Source: a virus
Lineage: Duplodnaviria; Caudoviricetes
Strand: one strand, 5' to 3'
Virus record (IMG/VR): IMGVR_UViG_3300020045_006106
Coordinates: 1-33,590 of that record
Length of the DNA: 33,590 nucleotides
Below are positions 25,395 through 32,957 of this stretch, one piece after another; the first letter of the stretch is position 1, and each line of letters opens with the position of its first letter. Below the pieces are notes generated by a model that did no database searches, had not been told where the DNA came from, and saw only the letters and a program-made list of their open reading frames with translations. The position numbers and the translations under genes are program-made.

Positions 25395-25598
25395 TCACTT
25401 AGCAAGCTGCTTGATTATTGGGTATGGATAAACCAACCTAAAACACCAATCGTCGAAAAATTCGCGACCAGAAAATTCTTGAACTATTTTGCTGCCAAAA
25501 ACCCTAAAATATTTACCGCCTAAATATCGAGCTTTAAACAACTTCATTGTAGATCCTTGCCGCACATAGCACTCATCGCCTACCTGTAGTCGTCTCAT
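25395..25598 (-). CDS. Hypothetical protein
   Basis: ATGA-coupled to upstream gene. Confidence 0.55.
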   Translation of the reverse strand: MRRLQVGDECYVRQGSTMKLFKARYLGGKYFRVFGSKIVQEFSGREFFDDWCFRLVYPYPIIKQLAK

Positions 25599-25825
25599 CG
25601 AACTATCCTCTTCTCTGATAATTTTTCAACCCAGCTCTGGGTTACTCCAATTTCGTGAGCAATGGCAGCGCTTTTAAGCCGCCGCGCACGTGTCCTGGTT
25701 GCCTCTCGAAGCTTTGTCAGCTCATCAATTACTCCGCTTAACCTAGCCACGTCCGCAATCAAGCTCTCGCGCTCTTTGAGTAGCGCGGTAGCTCTTTTGT
25801 ATTGTTCGTCTGAGTATCTGGGCAT
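25595..25825 (-). CDS. Small coiled-coil protein with C-terminal HTH-like segment
   Basis: 'KSAAIAHEIGVTQSWVEKL' matches an HTH pattern. Confidence 0.6.
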   Translation of the reverse strand: MPRYSDEQYKRATALLKERESLIADVARLSGVIDELTKLREATRTRARRLKSAAIAHEIGVTQSWVEKLSEKRIVR

Positions 25826-25827
25826 GA

Positions 25828-26811
25828 TTAGTAACTTATTTTTACGTTGCGAACCAGCCCTTTAGCCATAGCAGTAATAACCAGCTTGGCGGTTGCTTGA
25901 TCAACACCAGCGAGCGCAAGGTCTGCCAATATTTCATTGTTGACGCGCTTTTTGTTGGCGGTGTCTTTCTCGCGGCGCGCTGCTTCGGCTGCTTGTGCTG
26001 CTGCCTCGGACGCCACACGTTGACGCTCTGCCTCAATTGCCTGTTGCTTTTCGCGTTCTGCACGTTCCTGTGCTGCTTTGGTGGCGGCTTCAGCGTCTGC
26101 CTTGGCTTTGGCTGCTGCGCGCTCGGCTTCTTGCTGCTGACGCAATGCGGCTGCTTCCGCTTCGGCCTTTTCACGCTTGGCGCGCTCAACTTCGGCGGAC
26201 GCTGCCTGTTCGGCTGCGATACGGGCTGCATCAGCTGCATCCTTGGCGATTTGTTCTTCGCGCTCCTTTTGCTTATGTGCGGCGATCTGAGCATCAATTA
26301 CAGCCTGCTTTTCTGCCTCTTCTTTCTGGCGCAAATGCTCGGCATACATAAACACAGCCAACTCATGATCACGGTCAACCTGCTCCTGCAATTCACGCGC
26401 TGCAATTTCAGCAAGGCGTACGCGCTCGGCTTCGGCTTCATCGGCAATACGCTTTGCTTCGATTGCGGCCTGTTCGGCCTCCCAATCATCAAGAGGTTTG
26501 CGAACCTCATCGCGCCATGCGTCGAGCGTGTCTTTCATTGCTTTACGGCTGGCGTCAATCTTCTTGGGGATTTCCTTTGCCTCATCGGCCAATGCCTTGC
26601 CCAATGCTTCAAGTGCGCTCTTTGACTGGGAAACCTTATAGGCCATTGACGCAATTGCCTCGCGGCCTTTCTTGGTTGTAAGGTCTGGCTTGAATGCGTC
26701 AATCTCTGCGCGAACATGCGCAAGGTATGGATCAAGACCTTTTACGGCAGTAAATACCGCCATTGCTTTATCTCGCGGCGGTACATGCGCTAATTCTTTA
26801 CTTTCGCTCAT
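25828..26811 (-). CDS. Ala/Glu-rich coiled-coil phage protein (often annotated TolA-like)
   Basis: 'DLTTKKGREAIASMAYKVSQSK', 'LRDEVRKPL'-like 'WRDEVRKPLDDWE', C-terminal 'VKISY'. Confidence 0.8.
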   Translation of the reverse strand: MSESKELAHVPPRDKAMAVFTAVKGLDPYLAHVRAEIDAFKPDLTTKKGREAIASMAYKVSQSKSALEALGKALADEAKEIPKKIDASRKAMKDTLDAWRDEVRKPLDDWEAEQAAIEAKRIADEAEAERVRLAEIAARELQEQVDRDHELAVFMYAEHLRQKEEAEKQAVIDAQIAAHKQKEREEQIAKDAADAARIAAEQAASAEVERAKREKAEAEAAALRQQQEAERAAAKAKADAEAATKAAQERAEREKQQAIEAERQRVASEAAAQAAEAARREKDTANKKRVNNEILADLALAGVDQATAKLVITAMAKGLVRNVKISY

Positions 26812-26812
26812 C

Positions 26813-27460
26813 TCATTTGCTCCTTAGCTTGGTTTCGTATTCGCATACAAGGGTGTTAAATTCGAGCAGATCCTTTTCAAGCTCTGCGATGTAATTATCA
26901 TCTCGCATTACGCGAATAACGGTTAAATCTTTGCCGATCTTTACCAAGGCTGGGCAGTACAGAATGAAGTCGCACCACTTTCGGCCAGTGATCCAAAGCC
27001 CGCCTTGCACTTGATCCATGCAGTCGGCAATATCGCCAGAAAGTAGAATTGATGAGAGTTTTGTGGGTGACAGAAAGCACTTAATTTCTATTTGCCCATC
27101 ATCATCGACAAGGCCATCCACCGAAGCGCCAAAAAGCCCGTCCTCTGTTTTTGCTAATCCAGCCTGCTCAACCAACACGCCTTTGCGTTCTTCATAATCA
27201 AGGCGCGCTTGCGGCTCTAATTCATTGCCTCTGCGAGCTTGCCATGGTGTGAATTCAGGATCATCAAGTAAGCTGCCGGTGATGCGCTCATAAGCCAGTT
27301 TAAAAGCGTAGTCCCGCGCATCTTTAAGGAATTGCCCAGCGTTTTTGCCAGACTTATATTTTCCTCGGCATTCAGTGAATTTTGAGCCTGTCGCAGCGCC
27401 ACAACGGTCAAGAAACCATTTTTCGCTGCCTTGTGGTGAATCGTAATAAATGCAGCTCAT
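26813..27460 (-). CDS. YqaJ / lambda-type exonuclease
   Basis: 'QGSEKW..RCG..TGS', 'RGNELEP.AR', 'GASVDGLV', 'EIKC', 'QVQGGLW'. Confidence 0.92.
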   Translation of the reverse strand: MSCIYYDSPQGSEKWFLDRCGAATGSKFTECRGKYKSGKNAGQFLKDARDYAFKLAYERITGSLLDDPEFTPWQARRGNELEPQARLDYEERKGVLVEQAGLAKTEDGLFGASVDGLVDDDGQIEIKCFLSPTKLSSILLSGDIADCMDQVQGGLWITGRKWCDFILYCPALVKIGKDLTVIRVMRDDNYIAELEKDLLEFNTLVCEYETKLRSK

Positions 27461-28383
27461 TTAGCCACCTCGGCAAATTTTTTCAGTAAGCCCATTGCGC
27501 CAGCGAATCTGGCAAGCGGCAATTCTGATAATGAAGTTATGGAAATCTTTTTGTGCGCACAGAACTGCTCCTCTGTTACACCAGCCATTTCAATCGCTAA
27601 TTTAAGCTGCGCGACCTCTTCATCGCCAACCAATTTAATTGAGTTTTTAGGGGTAATGTCGCGCTCTTGTCGCGGCAATTCCTCGCTGCCTTCGTACTCA
27701 TTAACTACAGCAATAGCTCTGTCAAGGCGATCATCACGATCAGTTTTAGGCCATTGCTTGCTGGCGCGCTTGATCATTGCCTTTTTGACCATCTCATCAA
27801 ACCACGCATCCCAAACTGTCTTTGTCTTGGCTGCATTCTTTACCTTGGTAATATCATCCATCGCCATGAAATCAACCAAGTAATCGCCTTGGTGAGTTTT
27901 GGCAACGCAATAGCAGCCAACGGTGGCGCCTCGATCCTTGAATGGATTCATCTTGTGAGTTGGTGGAGTGCAAACGCCAAGGTATTCAAATTCATCGCTG
28001 GCTTTAACGATTTCCGCTTTTGCCCAAAGTATTGAGCCGCTATCAGTGGCAATCTTAAGCAGTCCTTTAAACGACACGCGCAACATGCACTCTTGCATCC
28101 AGACTTCTTTTCCGGTGTGGTCTTTTTGCTTAACGGATTCCGGCACCAGATACGCATAGCCAAGTGCAGGGTTTAGCGTCAATCCTACAGCAGCGACATT
28201 GATAACCGCATTCTGTACGGTGATAGGAACGCACTGGCTAAGTTTTTCGTTTTTCTGAATAGCCTGAATAGCAAACTGACTTTCCTCTGCCCACGTAACA
28301 AGCTGGGCGCGATTGGCGATCTGGTTAAACTTATCAGCTGACTGGTTAATCACGTCAGCCCACGTCATTAATTGATTTGTCAT
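27457..28383 (-). CDS. recT: RecT family single-strand annealing protein
   Basis: 'GLTLNPALGYAYLVP', 'SFKGL', 'W..WFDEMVKKAMIKRASKQWP'; adjacent to exonuclease. Confidence 0.9.
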   Translation of the reverse strand: MTNQLMTWADVINQSADKFNQIANRAQLVTWAEESQFAIQAIQKNEKLSQCVPITVQNAVINVAAVGLTLNPALGYAYLVPESVKQKDHTGKEVWMQECMLRVSFKGLLKIATDSGSILWAKAEIVKASDEFEYLGVCTPPTHKMNPFKDRGATVGCYCVAKTHQGDYLVDFMAMDDITKVKNAAKTKTVWDAWFDEMVKKAMIKRASKQWPKTDRDDRLDRAIAVVNEYEGSEELPRQERDITPKNSIKLVGDEEVAQLKLAIEMAGVTEEQFCAHKKISITSLSELPLARFAGAMGLLKKFAEVAK

Positions 28384-28409
28384 TATTCATTCCACCTCTT
28401 TGTGCCGCA

Positions 28410-28718
28410 CTAGGCGGCCTTATTGTATTCTGATTCAAAAACATCAAACCCATCGTTTGTTAGATATTCAATAACAAAAGAGCCGTTTTCTTGCTTTATT
28501 GCTCTAACCTCATAATGAATTGAGCCATCTTTGTTAACCAAAAAATATCCTTGCACGCCTTTAACTCTGGTTGCCTTTGGCTCGTACAATCCGCCATTGT
28601 TGGATGAGAAATTCATGCAACGCAAAGCGTGATCAAGCGTAGGCTGTACGTTAGATCCGCCAACCCATTGCGTCCCTTTAACTTTTCTTAGAGCTGATTC
28701 TATTCTACAGTTTGCCAT
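28410..28718 (-). CDS. Hypothetical protein, first gene of leftward operon
   Basis: ORF downstream of leftward promoter; start ATG 28718 or TTG 28724. Confidence 0.6.
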   Translation of the reverse strand: MANCRIESALRKVKGTQWVGGSNVQPTLDHALRCMNFSSNNGGLYEPKATRVKGVQGYFLVNKDGSIHYEVRAIKQENGSFVIEYLTNDGFDVFESEYNKAA

Positions 28719-28757
28719 CTTCAACCCCCTTAATCCCGCCCCATGCGGTATGTGCTC

Positions 28758-28786
28758 ACTATAGCGCTAGCACGTTAGCGCGTCAA
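28758..28786 (-). promoter_or_regulatory. Leftward sigma70-type promoter
   Basis: -35 TTGACG (28786-28781), 17-bp spacer, -10 TATAGT (28763-28758). Confidence 0.75.
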
Positions 28787-28789
28787 CAG

Positions 28790-28818
28790 TTGACACCATA
28801 AATATTTGCGCCTATTAT
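28790..28818 (+). promoter_or_regulatory. Rightward sigma70-type promoter
   Basis: -35 TTGACA (28790-28795), 17-bp spacer, -10 TATTAT (28813-28818). Confidence 0.8.
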
Positions 28819-28847
28819 GTGCTAACACTAACCAATGAGGAAATAGC

Positions 28848-29021
28848 ATGGCCAACACAGTTAACGTCCGCACCACCACTCAAGCCCGCGCATTTGCGCA
28901 AAACCTGCTTTTACGCATCAACAAAGAGCGCAAGAAAGTAAAGAAAGAACCATTAAGCCAATCGCAAGTAATCGCCCTTGCAATCGAAAACCTAACTGTA
29001 GAAATTGGAGTGGCAAAATGA
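28848..29021 (+). CDS. 57-aa basic protein, candidate ribbon-helix-helix regulator (not in the ORF track)
   Basis: RBS GAGG; MANTVNVRTT-QARAFAQNLLLRINKER-PLSQSQVIALAIENL suggests strand-helix-helix; ATGA-coupled to next gene. Confidence 0.65.
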   Translation: MANTVNVRTTTQARAFAQNLLLRINKERKKVKKEPLSQSQVIALAIENLTVEIGVAK

Positions 29022-29233
29022 AAGAATTTTTTGTTGGATTAATGCTTCTAATAATGTACGGGATTGGGCTATTTACTCAGCCACTTTTCGATTTCGCAAA
29101 CAGTGAAACATTTCAAGATTTAACCGGCACAACAAAAGAGCAGCTTATCGAATATAAGCGCGACTGCGAAAGCTCCGGCCGCGAGTGCGCCATGATCTGG
29201 GAATTTGTTGAGGTGGAGGCTGATTATGATTAG
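29018..29233 (+). CDS. Small membrane-anchored protein
   Basis: N-terminal hydrophobic helix; two Cys; RBS GGAG. Confidence 0.65.
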   Translation: MKEFFVGLMLLIMYGIGLFTQPLFDFANSETFQDLTGTTKEQLIEYKRDCESSGRECAMIWEFVEVEADYD

Positions 29234-29447
29234 CTGGCAATCAATGGGAAACGCACCAATCGACAAGCCAGTCCTGCTAAACGTTGGATATCCGTGGCCT
29301 GTTATCGGTCAGTGGAACGAAGCAGAGCAGGCATGGACTTACGCTAATCTGCAGGCATCAAAAATGGAGACCGGCGATGTAGATTGCTGGTGGGAAAATG
29401 AGATAGATAAAAAGCCGCTCGCATGGCACGAATTACCAGAGGTTTGA
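29226..29447 (+). CDS. DUF551-like small phage protein
   Basis: 'WQSMGNAP.D.PVLL' and 'PLAWHELPE'; ATG 29226 after GGAGG. Confidence 0.7.
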   Translation: MISWQSMGNAPIDKPVLLNVGYPWPVIGQWNEAEQAWTYANLQASKMETGDVDCWWENEIDKKPLAWHELPEV

Positions 29448-29448
29448 T

Positions 29449-29565
29449 ATGAAATACACACGCACCCCAACCGGCATTATGTGCCAATACGGCGGGCACA
29501 AGGTAACCGGCGCAAGCCTAAAAGAAGCTACCAGTAAAATGTTTGTTTTGATGAGGAGAAAATAA
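29449..29565 (+). CDS. 38-aa hypothetical (not in the ORF track)
   Basis: RBS GAGG, fills the gap exactly, TAATG coupling. Confidence 0.5.
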   Translation: MKYTRTPTGIMCQYGGHKVTGASLKEATSKMFVLMRRK

Positions 29566-29852
29566 TGGAGCTAGCAAACGACATTATGGCGATATGGCGC
29601 GAAGATTTTGAGCGGCAACTTAAAAAACTTGGCTACGTCAATGCTCACTTAGAGAAAAACAATATTGGAAACTATTTGGATTTTGAGGTTGGCTCAATGT
29701 TTCGCGGATTCCTAATGGCCAAGCGCAATATGCCAGTTATTGAGCTTCCGCGCCCTTGGACTGATGAATATCAGCATCGTCACATTAACTTGCAGCACCT
29801 TGAAATTTACCTGCAATCTTCTGGCTACAAATACACGATAAAAGGTGAGTGA
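29565..29852 (+). CDS. Hypothetical protein
   Basis: RBS GAGGAG; 'REDFE', 'VIELP' typical of small phage proteins. Confidence 0.7.
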   Translation: MELANDIMAIWREDFERQLKKLGYVNAHLEKNNIGNYLDFEVGSMFRGFLMAKRNMPVIELPRPWTDEYQHRHINLQHLEIYLQSSGYKYTIKGE

Positions 29853-29853
29853 T

Positions 29854-30012
29854 ATGCAAATCCCGCAGCAAGTAATTGACCACTGCGCAGCGCACAAAAT
29901 GTGCCGTGGCTGCCGGTTAAATTGTGTAGCCCCGCCATCTGATCGTGACTTTGACAAATGGCTGGAAACGCAAATTAAACGGGTTATGGCTATTTACAAA
30001 TCTGAAAACTAA
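29854..30012 (+). CDS. 52-aa Cys-rich hypothetical (not in the ORF track)
   Basis: RBS AAGGTG; HCAAHKMCRGCRLNC. Confidence 0.55.
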   Translation: MQIPQQVIDHCAAHKMCRGCRLNCVAPPSDRDFDKWLETQIKRVMAIYKSEN

Positions 30013-30089
30013 TGCAAGCAACTGTCCGCCGTCCATAGACAAAGGACAAACAAATCACACTAACCAGCTATAAACAAGAGGTAGAGATT

Positions 30090-30602
30090 ATGCAGGACCA
30101 TATTAAAAATATCCTCGCAATGCGAACGTCTACGGTAAAGAATTACGGATTACCAGGGGTTGATAGTAGCTTGCTTGGCAACGGGCTTGTGCGCATATTT
30201 GAGAGCAGCCGCGAGCAGCAAGAATCAATCACTCCACACAGCCACAAGTTTGATTTTTCATGCCTTGTGCTGTCTGGCGAGGTGGTTAACCGAACATGGG
30301 TTAAAGATTCAAATGGAGATGATTTTTACGTTAGCGAGCTTGAATATCAGGGTGAAATAGGACAATACAAAACCAGAGTTATCAACAATGAATCATACTC
30401 ATATTCTGATCGAAGATATAGAACCGGCGATTGGTACTCAATGAAGCATGATGAGATTCACTCAATATGGTTTAGTAAGGGCTGCCGCGTGCTATTCCTT
30501 GAAGGCGAGGTAAAGACTAATAAAACTGTAATTATTGAGCCATGCGTAAATGGTGAGCTTCTGAAAACATTTGAGGTTCGCGATTGGATGTTCAAACGTT
30601 AA
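30090..30602 (+). CDS. Cupin-like protein
   Basis: 'TPHSHKFDFSCLVLSG' and 'GDWYSM.HDEIHSI' resemble the two cupin metal-binding motifs. Confidence 0.6.
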   Translation: MQDHIKNILAMRTSTVKNYGLPGVDSSLLGNGLVRIFESSREQQESITPHSHKFDFSCLVLSGEVVNRTWVKDSNGDDFYVSELEYQGEIGQYKTRVINNESYSYSDRRYRTGDWYSMKHDEIHSIWFSKGCRVLFLEGEVKTNKTVIIEPCVNGELLKTFEVRDWMFKR

Positions 30603-30635
30603 TTTAACCCCCACTAACCACAGGAGTATGGAATT

Positions 30636-30812
30636 ATGAATGGCATAGAATTTCGATGGTTTCTCACTACTCAATATTTAGAAGACGCGACTAAAAACAT
30701 TTTTGGCGACAAAATGATTCTGCAATACCGCGAGCGATTAAACCCGATGGAAGCAGGCCTTCACCCTGCTATTTGGTCAGAGTGGCAAGATGTTCCATTC
30801 GCTAGATTTTAA
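30636..30812 (+). CDS. 58-aa hypothetical (not in the ORF track)
   Basis: RBS AGGAG; 'EFRW', 'ILQYR', 'WSEWQDVP' pattern seen in small phage proteins. Confidence 0.6.
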   Translation: MNGIEFRWFLTTQYLEDATKNIFGDKMILQYRERLNPMEAGLHPAIWSEWQDVPFARF

Positions 30813-30843
30813 CCCCTACCCGCTATAAATACAGGTGAATATT

Positions 30844-31164
30844 ATGGAGACAGTAAAAATATCTCTGCACGGTAGAAATCCGATAGTCGGTGATGTGGCA
30901 ATTGAGCTTTTCAATCAGTTTCTGATCAGAGATAAGCTTGCGGGTCGTTTTTGGGTGCATTGCGAATCTAAAGATAACTGGCACCTTGAACTGATGCCGC
31001 ATTGCATAGCGTGCAAAATTGAGGTCACCGGCAATAACATTGACGACCTAAAAACAAACATAGGCCTAATCCATTCGTCAGTTGCGATTGATAATCCTGA
31101 CACATGCGCACTATATAAAATGCTTCTTGACGCATCAAAACCCGAAATTGAAACCGAGGAATAA
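30844..31164 (+). CDS. Hypothetical protein
   Basis: RBS AGGTG before ATG 30844. Confidence 0.6.
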   Translation: METVKISLHGRNPIVGDVAIELFNQFLIRDKLAGRFWVHCESKDNWHLELMPHCIACKIEVTGNNIDDLKTNIGLIHSSVAIDNPDTCALYKMLLDASKPEIETEE

Positions 31165-31172
31165 ATTCAATC

Positions 31173-31355
31173 ATGGCCGATATTGCGATGTGCGAAAAAT
31201 CAGACTGCCCGAGCTTTAAAGATTGCTACCGCGCACAGGCAAAGCCAAACGAATCCCGGCAGTCATACATGGATTTCGACAACGCTGGCGAATCTTGCTG
31301 CGATGACTATATCCCGGTTGCTCCGACATGGAAAAACAAATTTCCACTGTTGTAA
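31173..31355 (+). CDS. Small Cys-rich protein
   Basis: 'MADIAMC...CP....CYR' pattern; RBS GAGGA. Confidence 0.7.
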   Translation: MADIAMCEKSDCPSFKDCYRAQAKPNESRQSYMDFDNAGESCCDDYIPVAPTWKNKFPLL

Positions 31356-31380
31356 TTGATTATACAAAATGAGGTGAATT

Positions 31381-31524
31381 ATGCACCAGTACCGCGTAGA
31401 GCTTCGCACGGACTTCGGGCAATCTAGATTTGTTGACGTGATGGCCGATAATCACCAACAGGCCGTTTACCGTGCAGAGCGCCAGACCGGCTTGAAAGTT
31501 TTATCAACTGAGTTTATTGCTTAA
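31381..31524 (+). CDS. 47-aa hypothetical (not in the ORF track)
   Basis: RBS GAGGTG; MHQYRVELRTDFGQSRFVDVMADNHQQAVYRAE. Confidence 0.55.
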   Translation: MHQYRVELRTDFGQSRFVDVMADNHQQAVYRAERQTGLKVLSTEFIA

Positions 31525-31554
31525 TCCTAAATATTGATTATACAGAGGTAATTT

Positions 31555-31848
31555 ATGAAACTTTTAACACTAGCTTTAATCCTGGCGCCATCTATCGCAA
31601 TGGCAGACTACGTTTCACCCAATGAGTACAAGGATTTTACTTGTGCCGAATTAAGCGCCGATTATTACGACTTGGGCAGCATGATGATCGATAACCTAAG
31701 CGAAAGCCTTGATTACGATTACCGGTCACAGCGGCGATTTGATCTTGACCAGGAGTACAAGGCAATGAAGTCTCGCCAAGCTGCTATTGAGAAGGCAGCC
31801 AAGCGGATTGAATGCGATCTATCAAAGATGGTTGCAACTACTGATTAA
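31555..31848 (+). CDS. Exported protein with Sec signal peptide
   Basis: MKLLTLALILAPSIAMA signal-like N-terminus; 'Y.DFTCAEL' and terminal Cys. Confidence 0.7.
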   Translation: MKLLTLALILAPSIAMADYVSPNEYKDFTCAELSADYYDLGSMMIDNLSESLDYDYRSQRRFDLDQEYKAMKSRQAAIEKAAKRIECDLSKMVATTD

Positions 31849-31859
31849 TGCATTATAAT
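31832..31859 (+). promoter_or_regulatory. Putative sigma70 promoter for replication module
   Basis: TTGCAA (31832-31837), 16-bp spacer, TATAAT (31854-31859). Confidence 0.55.
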
Positions 31860-31865
31860 CTTAAC

Positions 31866-32073
31866 CGTGCCCAAGCCGAGTTTTCGCCCGAGAACGCAGG
31901 CTGGTAAGCACAACCATTAGCCGAAAGGCCGTGTCTGTGACAAGCACGTAAAACATATGGGGTAAACAGAGCGCTTTTCGGAGTTGGCCTTGTTTACCGA
32001 ACAATGGCTAAAACCTTTTTGCCAGTACCCCACGGTATTGTCACCAAGGCCAACCCCAAAAGGCGCTTTTTTT
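31866..32073 (+). ncRNA. Putative structured leader / antisense-type regulatory RNA ending in terminator-like stem
   Basis: Several hairpins, long stem 31970-31992/32045-32067 followed by T7, alternative complementary boxes. Confidence 0.5.
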
Positions 32074-32229
32074 ATGCCCGCTAAATACCCATACAAATCC
32101 CCCGAGCAGTTCAAACGCTGCGCAGAATTTCAATCCAAGGCCGATAAGGCTGCTAAAAATATAGCTCATGCTGCTAACAAGCCGCGTGCAGTTAATCAAT
32201 TCCTGAAGCTTCTGTATTTGAGCATTTAA
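32074..32229 (+). CDS. Possible 51-aa basic protein
   Basis: ATG right after the T-run, ends 2 nt before the initiator gene; weak RBS. Confidence 0.35.
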   Translation: MPAKYPYKSPEQFKRCAEFQSKADKAAKNIAHAANKPRAVNQFLKLLYLSI

Positions 32230-32231
32230 GT

Positions 32232-32957
32232 ATGCACTATTACCAGTTCAATATTTCGACTTGGATACTCCACACCAGCCACTTAACGGTTGAGGAAGAG
32301 TGCGTTTACAGGCGTCTAATTGACTTCTACTACGACACGGAAAAGCCAATACCTAAAGAAACCAAGTCGGTTATCCGTAGGTTACGGTTGGTTAATTACG
32401 AACACATTGTTGAACAGATTTTAAGTGAATTCTTTCACCTTGAGAATGATGGATGGCATAACAATAGGGCTGATATTGAGATAGCGGACTATCAATCAAA
32501 GGCCGATAAGGCTAGAGAAAATGGTAGAAAAGGAGGCAGGCCAAAGAAGGAATCAGCAGAAGAAACCAAGCCGGTTATTTTAGCTAACCAAGAAGAAACC
32601 GGATTGAAAGCTAACTATGAACTATCAACTATTAACGATGAACTAGATAAAAACATTCTTGTTCCTTCGGAACGTGAGCGAGTACCGGCAAAAGAAATCA
32701 TTGAACTGTTCAACAATGTTTTTACTGAATTGCCAGAGGTTAGGCTGATCAGCGAGAAACGCCTCCAGTCGGTTAGATCGAGATGGAAGGAAACTGAAAA
32801 ACTGAGAAGCATTGACCAATGGGAAAAGTTCTTTATCTGGATCAAGCAATCAGATTTTTTAATGGGCAGGGACAAAGCAGAATTTAAGCTGTCTTTCGAC
32901 TGGATATTCAAGGCGGCAAACTTTGCCAAGATTTACGAGGGGAACTACCACAAATGA
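32232..32957 (+). CDS. Replication initiator (YdaU/DUF1376 family)
   Basis: 'MHYYQFNI...T.HLT..E...YRRLID.YY..E.P', 'NGRKGGRP', C-terminal 'FDWIFK..NF.KI.EGNY'. Confidence 0.9.
   Translation: MHYYQFNISTWILHTSHLTVEEECVYRRLIDFYYDTEKPIPKETKSVIRRLRLVNYEHIVEQILSEFFHLENDGWHNNRADIEIADYQSKADKARENGRKGGRPKKESAEETKPVILANQEETGLKANYELSTINDELDKNILVPSERERVPAKEIIELFNNVFTELPEVRLISEKRLQSVRSRWKETEKLRSIDQWEKFFIWIKQSDFLMGRDKAEFKLSFDWIFKAANFAKIYEGNYHK
32556..32650 (+). repeat. Iteron-like repeats, candidate replication origin
   Basis: AAGAAACCAAG(C/T)CGGTTAT at 32560 and 32356; repeated AGAAGAAACC, GCTAAC and AACTA units in the initiator linker. Confidence 0.55.

Noticed and set aside
25842-26735. Long alternative-frame and antisense ORFs over the coiled-coil gene (e.g. 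25897..26625 +)
   Set aside because: Expected shadow ORFs of Ala/Glu/Gln-rich repetitive coding sequence
31866-31950. tRNA gene
   Set aside because: Hairpins are present but there is no cloverleaf with T-loop GTTCRA or acceptor stem
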